DNA of 64,000 nt from Deltaproteobacteria bacterium (GTDB taxonomy: Bacteria; Myxococcota_A; Polyangia; GCA-2747355), in contig JACKDQ010000002.1 of the NCBI GenBank assembly GCA_020633415.1, positions 390,945 to 454,944 on the forward strand. The letters are read 5' to 3'. Positions 32,031-40,679 of this stretch are shown piece by piece. A model generated the notes under the pieces. That model was not told the origin of the DNA. It made no database searches and saw only the letters and a program-made list of their open reading frames with translations. The translations under genes and the position numbers were made by a program. The first letter of the stretch is position 1. Each line of letters starts with the position of its first letter.

Positions 32031-33962
32031 CTAGAACGAGCGGACGATCTGCTTGCTAGCGCCGACCATCCACAGCGTGTCAGCGCTGGCGTCGAGGTCG
32101 TAAAAACGCCCGGCAGCAATCGTGCTGTACAGTTCTTTCCAGTTGGCGCCATCGAAACTGTGCAGCGCGCCTCCGCCGCTGCTATCACTGATCGCGTAAA
32201 GCAGATTGCCCTGGCGAAAAAGACTCCAAATCGTACCCGTAATCGGCGTGGTGACGACCTGCCAGGTGCTGCCGTTGAAATGAGCGACGGAGCCTTGTTC
32301 GCCAGCCACCCAAACATCCGTTTCGCTACCGCCGTGGACCGCATGTAGCCGTGAGAGCTGCGGCACTCCGAGGGCCCGCGACCAAAGCTTGCCGTCGTAA
32401 AACAACACGCCGCCAACCCCCGCAGTGCTGCTCTCGCCAACGGCCCAGATATGGCTCGCGTCGGCCCCCCAGATCGCACGCAACTGCCGCACCGGCGGGA
32501 TCGCCGCCTCTTGGACCCATGTGCTGCCGTTGAGCGTGTACATCACGCCAGCGCTGCTCGCGGTGCCCACCGACCAGTATTGGCTCGCCGACGCGCCCCA
32601 AACGCCAAACAGCGTCGTTCCTGCCGGAGCGTCAGCTTGCCAGATCCATTGCGTACCGTCGAAGAGCGCAAAGTGCGTGCCCACGGCCCAGCTGACGTCC
32701 TTGTTTAGCCGATGGATCGCCCAAAGTGCCTTCGAGGGCCGAACATAAGCGCTCTGACAACCAAAAGACTCACAGCGAACAATGCCATCGCTGTGCGCAA
32801 CCCACGCAGCGTTGGAGCCATCAGCGGCCACCGCGGTGTAGGTCGCGCCCTTGGCAACCTGATTGACCAGCGACCAGCTGCTGCCAGTGCGACGATGCAT
32901 CGTCACTTCGGTCGCGCTGCTGGTCGTGCGAACACCATCAAAGACCCAGTGCTCGTCACCAAACTGACCACCGACGACACTACCGGTGGCGAGGGTTAGC
33001 TCCGACTGCCAGTTGTTGCCATCGAAGCGGTAAACCGAACGGGCGGCGACAAACAGCTGATCGGCGCGCCCCCAGATCTCGGTGAAATTGTCGGAACTGG
33101 TGCCGACACGAGCCGTCGACCATTTGGTACCGTCGAAGGTGTGGATGTTGCCGCCGCTACCAGCACCGATCAACTTCGCTGGCGGCTGCCCCCAAAGGGC
33201 GTTGATCGTCCCCGGCGCGCTGATCGCCGCGGTCCAACCAAAGCCATCGTAATGGATCATCTCCCCCGCGCCGTAAGTGACCCAAACGTCGTTGGGCGCG
33301 ATCGCGAACAACGCCAGACTGTTTGTCCACCCGCTGCCGCTGATCGTCCAGCTCGTTCCATCGAAGTGCAATACGGAGTCGCTACTACCGCTGCTGATCA
33401 CCCAGACATCGTTCGCGCCGGTGCCGTGGACGCCCTTTAGCAGCGAACTGCTGCCGAGCGCCGCGGGCAGCGTGATCTGCGTCCAAGCCGAGCCGTCGTA
33501 GTGCAGGATCGTCGAGCTTGCGCCAACTGCATAAATGTCGCTTGGACCACTGCCCCAGATGCCCCAGAGGTCTCGCGTCGTCGGCGATTGCTGGGGGGCC
33601 CAGCTGCGCCCATCGTAGAAAAACAGCCGACCGCCGCGGCCGACAGCCCAGGCCGCCTTGTTGGAAGACCCCCAAGCTGCCGTGATCATACGGTAATCGA
33701 TATGAGCTAGCGTTTGATAGCCGGTCGGGTTGGCCACGCTACCATCTGTAGTGGGACCGCCATCTCGACCGAATGGCTCGATATAATTACCCAAATCACC
33801 AAAGCCCCCGTCACGCTGCCGACAGGTGCCGTCGACGCAAGCCACACCACGCTGGCAGGTGCTGTTGGGAAAACAACTGCCACCGGGCTCGCCTTGTTTC
33901 GGACTAGAGCTGCAGGCTGTCAGGGCGACTACCCCATACATCAGTAGCCAACAACGCATCAT
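32031..33962 (-). CDS. Lipoprotein with Cys-containing N-terminal module and a large multi-blade beta-propeller-like repeat region
   Basis: Lipobox VALTACSS. At least 12 repeats of the form (V)WAVG..G.i..yDG..W (e.g. AWAVGRGGRLFFYDGRSW, IYAVGASSTILHYDGSAW, VWVAGEQGSVAHFNGSTW). Confidence 0.65.
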   Translation of the reverse strand: MMRCWLLMYGVVALTACSSSPKQGEPGGSCFPNSTCQRGVACVDGTCRQRDGGFGDLGNYIEPFGRDGGPTTDGSVANPTGYQTLAHIDYRMITAAWGSSNKAAWAVGRGGRLFFYDGRSWAPQQSPTTRDLWGIWGSGPSDIYAVGASSTILHYDGSAWTQITLPAALGSSSLLKGVHGTGANDVWVISSGSSDSVLHFDGTSWTISGSGWTNSLALFAIAPNDVWVTYGAGEMIHYDGFGWTAAISAPGTINALWGQPPAKLIGAGSGGNIHTFDGTKWSTARVGTSSDNFTEIWGRADQLFVAARSVYRFDGNNWQSELTLATGSVVGGQFGDEHWVFDGVRTTSSATEVTMHRRTGSSWSLVNQVAKGATYTAVAADGSNAAWVAHSDGIVRCESFGCQSAYVRPSKALWAIHRLNKDVSWAVGTHFALFDGTQWIWQADAPAGTTLFGVWGASASQYWSVGTASSAGVMYTLNGSTWVQEAAIPPVRQLRAIWGADASHIWAVGESSTAGVGGVLFYDGKLWSRALGVPQLSRLHAVHGGSETDVWVAGEQGSVAHFNGSTWQVVTTPITGTIWSLFRQGNLLYAISDSSGGGALHSFDGANWKELYSTIAAGRFYDLDASADTLWMVGASKQIVRSF

Positions 33963-33982
33963 GCCTCCCTCGGTTGTCGCCA

Positions 33983-34023
33983 GATACTACAGCGCGAGAT
34001 ACGATGTCGCTGGATACGATGTC
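33983..34023. repeat. Phased direct repeats: GATAC at 33983, 33998 and 34013 (15-bp spacing); the last two are full 11-mers GATACGATGTC
   Basis: Read directly: ..caGATACtacagcgcgaGATACGATGTCgctgGATACGATGTCc.. The repeats lie 21-61 nt upstream of the 33962 start codon of the minus-strand gene. Confidence 0.6.
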
Positions 34024-34136
34024 CAAGCTGCCATATTTCTCAGTTTTTTGGCATTATTGGACGCATCTAGGGCCACATTGGGTCTCGCTGACGCTGTTCG
34101 TAGCAGCCAGTTCTACCCGCGTGCAACGATTGTTTT

Positions 34137-34475
34137 TTGTCCGATCGGCGATTTTTAGTGATGCAGAGGGCAAAAGAATGTGCTCAAAACGCCGATCGTC
34201 AGGGGCGTAAGCTGCACTACGAGGGCACCGTGCTAGACAAAGAGACAGTTTTACAGGAATCCCGCTCTATGCAGGGCCCTTTGGGAGCGATCGCTTTTGC
34301 GGTACTCAAGGGACTACAGACGGCTGGTGCGTCGCAAGCCACCGTTGAGGATGTTTTCAGCAACTTGAAGCGTCATCTCTGCGCGCTGTCCGACGACGAC
34401 AGCCGCGTGCTCTGCCAGGTCGTTGAGACCCGCCTCGCCGAGGCACACCGCGATCACATCCGCAACATCGCCTAG
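34137..34475 (+). CDS. Possible small hypothetical protein (start uncertain)
   Basis: ORF in a lower-GC interval. Its stop abuts the stop of the convergent ATPase gene. No motif support. Confidence 0.3.
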   Translation: MSDRRFLVMQRAKECAQNADRQGRKLHYEGTVLDKETVLQESRSMQGPLGAIAFAVLKGLQTAGASQATVEDVFSNLKRHLCALSDDDSRVLCQVVETRLAEAHRDHIRNIA

Positions 34476-35630
34476 CTACTCGAGAGCATCGAGATCAACG
34501 CCAACCTGGGTGTCGCTGTCGGACAAACCGAAGCCACCATCGTCACAGCCGAAAAACGCTGGGGTCATCTCGGAAAAGCCATCGGCGCGAAGTTTATCGA
34601 GAAAGGTCGGCGCGTTGCCCGCGAGGCGCAACTCGCCGACGACGCTGCCGTCGCGCTGCAAACCCCGCTGCGCAAAGACGAACAGATCAGCGACGCGATA
34701 GTCCCCGCGACCGTCGAGCGGCAAGACCTCACTGATCGCGGTCAGTCGACGTGAACCGTCGCGTAGCCGGTTCTGGCAAACGACAACATCGATCGCCGCG
34801 CTGACTTGCGCACGGATCGCGGTCAGCGGCAGGCCCGTCGCCGCCAACAACGCCAATGACTCCAGACGGCTAAGCGTCTCCCGCGGACTGTTGGCGTGAC
34901 AGGTCGAGAGCGTGCCGCCGTGGCCGGTATTCATCGCCTGCAACAAGTCGAAGCATTCGCCACCGCGAACCTCGCCGATGACGATCCGATCGGGCCGCAG
35001 CCGCAGCGCCGAATGGAGCAGGTCGCGGATCGAGACCGCCCCCTTGCCGCGATGATCGGCAGGGCGGGTCTCGAGCGGAACGAGATGCTGTTGGCGCAAC
35101 TGCAGCTCGGCCGCATCCTCGATCGTCACGATCCGCTCGTCGTCGCCGATAAACTGCGATAGCGCGTTGAGCAGCGTGGTTTTGCCGCTACCGGTGCCTC
35201 CCGCAACAATGATGTTCTTTTTGCACTCGACGAGCACGCGCAAAAAATGCGCGGCTTCATCGGTCAGCGATCCAAAGCCGACCAGGTCTTCGACGGAAAA
35301 GCCGCCGGGGTGAAACTTGCGGATGGTGATCACCGTACCGCAGCGCGCCATCGGCGCCAGTATCACGTGGATCCGCGAACCATCGGGCAAGCGCGCATCG
35401 AGCCGCGGTTGGTCATCGGAAAGCGGTCGACCGACGTACTGCGCCATGTTGCGCGCCGCAGCGAGCAAGGTGTCAGCGGTGAAGGTCGACTCGACTCGGC
35501 TCAGGCGACCGCCGCTTTCGATCCAGACGTCGTCAGGACCATTGATCATGATCTCGCTGATACGTTGGTCGTCGAGCAAATGCAAAATCGGGCGCAAGAA
35601 TGCCCGCAGCGAATCGGAGAACATCGTCAT
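34476..35630 (-). CDS. CpaF/TadA-type (type II/IV secretion family) hexameric ATPase with a ~60-aa C-terminal extension
   Basis: [12 protein letters not shown], Walker [11 protein letters not shown], Asp box [11 protein letters not shown], Walker [14 protein letters not shown], His box [14 protein letters not shown]. Confidence 0.85.
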   Translation of the reverse strand: MTMFSDSLRAFLRPILHLLDDQRISEIMINGPDDVWIESGGRLSRVESTFTADTLLAAARNMAQYVGRPLSDDQPRLDARLPDGSRIHVILAPMARCGTVITIRKFHPGGFSVEDLVGFGSLTDEAAHFLRVLVECKKNIIVAGGTGSGKTTLLNALSQFIGDDERIVTIEDAAELQLRQQHLVPLETRPADHRGKGAVSIRDLLHSALRLRPDRIVIGEVRGGECFDLLQAMNTGHGGTLSTCHANSPRETLSRLESLALLAATGLPLTAIRAQVSAAIDVVVCQNRLRDGSRRLTAISEVLPLDGRGDYRVADLFVFAQRGLQRDGSVVGELRLAGNAPTFLDKLRADGFSEMTPAFFGCDDGGFGLSDSDTQVGVDLDALE

Positions 35631-35836
35631 TGCCCGATCCTAACAGCAGCGATGATGGGTCGTCGACGGCAAGCGCAACAAGTTTCGCGGCGTGGCCGCG
35701 GCCGAGATTGCGTCGAGCAAAGACGGCCTGCTGGCGTGAACGAGGTGAGCTGGGTCGTTGGGGGTGCGGTGCCGGCCCAACACGCGCTCCGCGGCGCTGC
35801 TGGGCCGACGGGGCAGGTCGCCCCTCGCTGTGATGA

Positions 35837-37024
35837 CTATTTCACGGGGTTGTTCGGGTCTTCAACCTGTTGTCTCGGTTCTTCAACCAGCGGGGGTTCC
35901 TGGCCGATCAGACCGGGGCTGGTGGGGCCATCGCTCAGTTTCGTCAAGCGGTCCACTTGAGCCATCTTCACAATATTGGTGGCGTCTTTGCACGCGACCT
36001 CGGTGTTGCAGAATTTCGGCATGTTGCAGAGATCCTTGATCGCCGGCTGAGGGTAGTCAAATTGATCGAGGTAAACCGCTGCAACCGTGTTGTTTTCTGC
36101 CTGGCCGGGGGCGATCAAGTACAGCGGCGTGGCCTCACAGTGGTGCTTGCCCAGATTGCCGGCGGCAAACAGCGCGTGCTCGCAACTCCCATCGGCGAGC
36201 CGCCAACGGTTGGCCGCCAGACCACTGATGTAAGGCTCGAGGATGCCCAAATTGATGTTGCCAACGGATTCATCATTGCTGATGAAGGTCGGGCCTTCCA
36301 CACCGTTGGAAAAGTCAACGATGCCGCCATAATAAAGGTCACCCGCAGGGGTATAAAGGTTCGTCGTGTCGCCGAGGCCGAGCCCTTCGAGCGTCCAGAC
36401 CGAGGACCAGGTCGACTGATTGTATTGGTTGTATTCGGTCGGACTGAAAGCGATCAAGTCGCCGCCGGTCGTCGCGTCGTTGGGCCGCTGAACCGTGGTC
36501 AGCGTGCCGTCGCAGCGCGAACCTAGGCCAACCCAGGTCTGCGGGTGGTTGATGGTGATCCAGCTCCAGGCGCCGCCCGGATTGGACGGATTTTGGTTGA
36601 GAAAATCAAGGTCTAGCGTATACAAATAGTCCGTCTGCCCGGTGTTGGGGGCCTCGACCAGTACGTAGAGCTTGTTTTCTGTCGGATGGGCGGCAAGGCC
36701 ACCGAAGTTAAACTGGTTGAGGCTCGGGATCTGCGCGACGAACTTCGCGGCCCAGACCACCTTGCCACTGTAGCCAAACAGTTCGGGGTTACCGAGCGCG
36801 TAAATCTTGACCACGTTGTTTTGGTCAACGACCGCGTTGCCATTTGCCGCGTTGTGGCATTGGCGATCGATCGCGTAGCCGACCGCGACCCAGTCCATGT
36901 ACCAGGTCACCGACTTGGTCGATTTGGTGACTTTGGACGTGGCCGCATCGCAAGCGGCAAAAGCGACAATCGCCGCCACACCTAACAACCAAGCCCTTCT
37001 AAAAACCTTGTTTTTGCTCATCAT
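35837..37024 (-). CDS. Hypothetical lipoprotein, Asn/Gln/Thr/Tyr-rich, compositionally atypical for this window
   Basis: Lipobox IVAFAACD. The gene is visibly lower in GC with many A/T-ending codons. No recognisable family. Confidence 0.6.
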   Translation of the reverse strand: MMSKNKVFRRAWLLGVAAIVAFAACDAATSKVTKSTKSVTWYMDWVAVGYAIDRQCHNAANGNAVVDQNNVVKIYALGNPELFGYSGKVVWAAKFVAQIPSLNQFNFGGLAAHPTENKLYVLVEAPNTGQTDYLYTLDLDFLNQNPSNPGGAWSWITINHPQTWVGLGSRCDGTLTTVQRPNDATTGGDLIAFSPTEYNQYNQSTWSSVWTLEGLGLGDTTNLYTPAGDLYYGGIVDFSNGVEGPTFISNDESVGNINLGILEPYISGLAANRWRLADGSCEHALFAAGNLGKHHCEATPLYLIAPGQAENNTVAAVYLDQFDYPQPAIKDLCNMPKFCNTEVACKDATNIVKMAQVDRLTKLSDGPTSPGLIGQEPPLVEEPRQQVEDPNNPVK

Positions 37025-37119
37025 TTCCTCGCTGTTCTTTCCGTTTGTTGCTGCCCAAAAACGCACGACAACGCCGCCAACCCATCCAAGTGGGAGGCCA
37101 AGACGCGCCGAACACTCTG

Positions 37120-37192
37120 TACTTGCTAATCAGCCTATCTTGGAAACAAAAACATGCAATACGGAATACAAAAAATAATGAAAAAAATAACC
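37120..37192 (-). promoter_or_regulatory. Most AT-rich stretch of the window; probable promoter/UP region for the 35837..37024 lipoprotein gene
   Basis: ..cttgctaatcagcctatcttggaaacaaaaacatgcaatacggaatacaaaaaataatgaaaaaaataaccc.. lies 100-170 nt upstream of the start codon. Confidence 0.4.
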
Positions 37193-37296
37193 CGGATCGT
37201 TGCTTGATCGGTTCGCGCAGGGGTGGGCGTAAAATTGCTCGGCGCGTCGAGCTGTCGCTGGGGAAGGTCGCCGAGGAACGGGGTCAGCGAAACCGG

Positions 37297-37731
37297 CTAG
37301 TCTACAGACGCGGAAAAAAGTCCCGTGGCGGTGCAACTGCCTGGGCCGTCTGCGGAGAAGGTCCCGCTCAGCTGTTCAAGATAGTCGGCTCGGCCGGCAA
37401 ACCGATAGGAGACCTTTCCGGCCTGCGGATCCTCTTCCTGGGTCGAAAACTCAACGCTGGACGCCGAGAGCGCGCTGCCGGCGAAGCCGAAGCCGTCGAT
37501 CGCCTCAACCAGCGCAAGCTGACCATTAGACCGGTCGTGGTGAATACGCAGCGGTTGTGACGGACCGAGCACAAACGTCCCCTGGTAGACCCGCTCAGCG
37601 CAATCACTGCGCGTTCCACTGCCGTTGATCTGCCAAATGCCGCTGAGATCAAAAACCGGCGACGTGGCGGCGATTTGGGCGCAGGCCGAGCACGTCAGCA
37701 GGGCGAACAACGATGCACGCGAGACGCTCAA
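37297..37731 (-). CDS. Small lipoprotein-like secreted protein
   Basis: (M)SVSRASLFALLTCSAC signal/lipobox. The TTG start overlaps the stop of the upstream caspase-like gene (TTGA, 37728-37731). Confidence 0.5.
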   Translation of the reverse strand: MSVSRASLFALLTCSACAQIAATSPVFDLSGIWQINGSGTRSDCAERVYQGTFVLGPSQPLRIHHDRSNGQLALVEAIDGFGFAGSALSASSVEFSTQEEDPQAGKVSYRFAGRADYLEQLSGTFSADGPGSCTATGLFSASVD

Positions 37732-39971
37732 AAGCCGACCCCCAAAGAAGCGCTTAGCCCCTGGTGAAAACGCCGTCCATTGAGACTAGCGTACATCGCA
37801 TCGTAGTCGATCACGACGAGCAGGTGCGCTGTCCAGGTGCGAAAGAACATCACGCCCAGACGACCGTAGCCGCCAAACCCGACAGCAAAATCGTCGAGCA
37901 CGCTGCTGCTGTAAGATGGCAAGACACTACCGACGACGGTGCGGTTTTCGCGCTGCTCCCAGGCCAGACGTAGACCCACACCCGCGCCAACAAACGGCGA
38001 GACCGGCCCGCGCGAGAGAAACCAGCTTGCTCCGACGTCGATCGGCACCGATCGATACTTGTCCGCGCCGGAAACGGCATCCGAGCGAAAGCCAACACGC
38101 GACTCGATAGCAAAGCGCTGCGCCTCGTAGCCTAGTGCGAGATCAACGCCCGCGCCAACGCCCGCCGGTCCGGCATAGCCGCTGCCCAGCGGGACGAAAA
38201 CGCCGAAGCGCAATAGCGCGCCCAGGCTGCCCTGACGGCGGCGCGGCTTGCGTGTCTCGTAGGCGGTAATCGTGCCGAGTTCTGCGGTCGATTCGAGTGG
38301 CTTGTTCGTGCGCAGCGCAACAACGATCCGCTGGGCGATCTCCTCGAGATCGTCGACGGTATCGACCGTCGCGCGCAGTTGTCGCGGCGGTCCGCTGGAC
38401 AAACGCGCAACGACGGCGACGATTAGCTTCTTGCCCAGACGATCGATCCGGCCAAACAACAGGCGCTCGGCCGGCCGGCGATCGGCGACGGCGCACCGCT
38501 CCGTGGCGCAAGGCGCACCCTGGATTTGGGTGACCTTGTGCTTGAACTGCGTGGAGATTTCACTGCCGAGCAGGCGACGAAACACCTGACCCACGGACGG
38601 TTCGAGCCCACTGACCACAAAGGGGAAGATCGCCCAGTCGGCCGCACCGTCGGTGGACGGCGCCACCGGCTGCCGCGCGGCGGTGGGGCGTGACGCGGGG
38701 GGCTTCGCCTCTGGCGGAAACGCAACGCTTGCCCCGCCGACGCTATCGACGTGCCCTTGGTAGTAGGCTGGCCCGAAGGGAGCGGCGAACAGTGCACCGT
38801 GAAGCGCGTAGTCGATCGCGCCACGCGAATCACTGGAACGCGCGCGCCCAACCAGCGCATCGAAATCGATCAGCGCAGCAGCGCTGGCGATCACATACTC
38901 GCGCTTCGGCGTCCGCAAGAACAGCGTACCCGTCGCTGGCAAGACCAGTGTCGACTGATATGGACCATTGAGGTGGGCCTCGATCAGGCGCTGACCATTG
39001 TCGCGCTCGATGAAAAATCGACCGAGAGTTGCCAACTTGCCGCGGAGGCGGCGCGCTTGGCGGAGGGTATCGAGGCGAATGACGGGGGCGCGTTGGTCGA
39101 TAGCGGGTGGGTGCGCGACGACGCGACTCTTCGCCCGCGGATCGGCGACTTGACGGTTGGCAGCAGCGATGAACGCCTGGACTTCACTGTACTCGATCAC
39201 CCCATCTGCGTTGACATCGGCGGCGCCGCGCAAGCCTGAGAGCAACTCGTGGGTGAACACGCCAGATTCGATTTGCGACCACTCGTGCGCTTCCTGGGTG
39301 CCCGTCGTAGCGACGATCGCCCCGACGTGCGGAAGACGAGCCAAAGAAGCCGCATCGAGCAATGCCCGCCGCTCGACACCACTGAGCGCAACGGTCCTCG
39401 CCGACGTCTCCCGGTCGAAGAGCTTGCGCGCACCGACGATCGATGCGGCGTAACAGGCATCAACGAAAACGTGAGCGACATCGGCAGGAATCAGCGCCAA
39501 CACCCGGCGATAGAGTTGCTCGCGGGTCAGCCGGCCGTCGTGCAATGCGAGGAAAGCACGTCCTTGGCGATCGCGTGCGCCGTGTCCACTATAAGCAAAA
39601 TAAAAAACGACGCGCTGGCCGGCAGCTCGCAGGCGCTTGGCTTCGCTGGCAAACTGGCGCAATGTTCGCCGCAAGGCTGCGCGAGTCGGCGGCTGACTTT
39701 GGCGCGCACGTTGCGGATAGCGAGCTTGCGTCTGGCGATCAAGCACAGCGAGCAGCACGGTCTTGACGGTAAACTGCTCAAAAAACTCTGCATAGCGTAC
39801 GGCGTCGTCATCGGCGTAGCGCAGTGCAGCGAGCGTCTTGCCCGCGTCTCCTAGAGGGGCGGCGTTGTTGCCAATGACCAAAGCCAATGCACTCACCGGT
39901 TGCTCGCTGGGTGCTGCGGCCGCCTGAGTGGCAACGAGCAACGCCGCACAGATTGCCGCCACGCGACTCAT
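37728..39971 (-). CDS. Secreted peptidase-C14 (caspase-fold) domain protein with EF-hand/dockerin-like loop and a C-terminal beta-barrel-like region ending in Phe
   Basis: Signal peptide ICAALLVATQAAAA. ALVIGNN...ALRYADDDA, FYFAYSGHGA (catalytic His context) and HVFVDACYAAS (catalytic Cys context). DVNADGVIEYSEVQAFI. The last ~200 aa are Gly/aromatic alternating strands terminating ...LGVGF. Confidence 0.7.
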   Translation of the reverse strand: MSRVAAICAALLVATQAAAAPSEQPVSALALVIGNNAAPLGDAGKTLAALRYADDDAVRYAEFFEQFTVKTVLLAVLDRQTQARYPQRARQSQPPTRAALRRTLRQFASEAKRLRAAGQRVVFYFAYSGHGARDRQGRAFLALHDGRLTREQLYRRVLALIPADVAHVFVDACYAASIVGARKLFDRETSARTVALSGVERRALLDAASLARLPHVGAIVATTGTQEAHEWSQIESGVFTHELLSGLRGAADVNADGVIEYSEVQAFIAAANRQVADPRAKSRVVAHPPAIDQRAPVIRLDTLRQARRLRGKLATLGRFFIERDNGQRLIEAHLNGPYQSTLVLPATGTLFLRTPKREYVIASAAALIDFDALVGRARSSDSRGAIDYALHGALFAAPFGPAYYQGHVDSVGGASVAFPPEAKPPASRPTAARQPVAPSTDGAADWAIFPFVVSGLEPSVGQVFRRLLGSEISTQFKHKVTQIQGAPCATERCAVADRRPAERLLFGRIDRLGKKLIVAVVARLSSGPPRQLRATVDTVDDLEEIAQRIVVALRTNKPLESTAELGTITAYETRKPRRRQGSLGALLRFGVFVPLGSGYAGPAGVGAGVDLALGYEAQRFAIESRVGFRSDAVSGADKYRSVPIDVGASWFLSRGPVSPFVGAGVGLRLAWEQRENRTVVGSVLPSYSSSVLDDFAVGFGGYGRLGVMFFRTWTAHLLVVIDYDAMYASLNGRRFHQGLSASLGVGF

Positions 39972-40624
39972 CTAACGACCTCAAGCTTTCGCGAAATGAT
40001 CGTGAAGGCGGAGCGGCTTGCGCCCTGGGTGTCACCGAGCGCGGAGCGCACGTCGTCTTGCGAGAGCGGGCGCGATGAAAGCACCCCGTAGACGGTGTAC
40101 CGTCCAGGGGGGTGATCCTTACCGATCACCACAGCGCGCGGGACGATCAACTCGCCGGCGCCGGAAAGCTGAAGACTACGTTGCGTCGCGTCAGCGGGGA
40201 AATACCAGAACGTTGTGCCCCGTGGCCCTTCGGCAACGGCGGCAAAATGGCTCCGCTGAGCGACCCCATCGAGGCGAAAGACCAAACGCGCTCCATGGCG
40301 GCAGCGCGGCACACCGCTGGCAGCAGCGGAAGCGACGCCGCAGCCTAGCCACATCGCGGGAGAGCTCGCTGTTGTCGCGCCGCGGGCTGAAAACGGTGAT
40401 GGTGAGAGCGGCTGCCGCGACAAAAGGAACAGCGGAATGGTGAGCGCCACCAGCGCCGCCGTCGCCGACCAAGCGAACCAGCGCAACAGATTGGTCTGCG
40501 AGCGCGCCGGCGCCTGGCGGGCGATCACCCGCTCGAAAACGCGCTCTTTGCGTGACACCGGCAAGCGATCGGAGCGTTGAGAGAGTAGCTGCTCAGCTCG
40601 GTCGTGATCAGCAGATGAGTCCAC
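39968..40624 (-). CDS. Putative anti-sigma factor (single-pass membrane protein)
   Basis: Positioned immediately downstream of the ECF sigma gene. One TM helix (WFAWSATAALVALTIPLFLL). Its stop overlaps the start of the caspase-like gene (ATGA, 39968-39971). Assignment is by position and topology only. Confidence 0.5.
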   Translation of the reverse strand: MDSSADHDRAEQLLSQRSDRLPVSRKERVFERVIARQAPARSQTNLLRWFAWSATAALVALTIPLFLLSRQPLSPSPFSARGATTASSPAMWLGCGVASAAASGVPRCRHGARLVFRLDGVAQRSHFAAVAEGPRGTTFWYFPADATQRSLQLSGAGELIVPRAVVIGKDHPPGRYTVYGVLSSRPLSQDDVRSALGDTQGASRSAFTIISRKLEVVR

Positions 40625-40679
40625 GCTCTATCCTACGCAGCGCCCATCGTCTTGGGTCGCAAATAATAGTGCAAGCATT

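Noticed and set aside
35806-35830. Possible terminator hairpin (GGGGC-aggtc-GCCCC) after the lipoprotein gene
   Set aside because: The stem is only 5 bp and no T-tract follows on the minus strand. It is not convincing as an intrinsic terminator.
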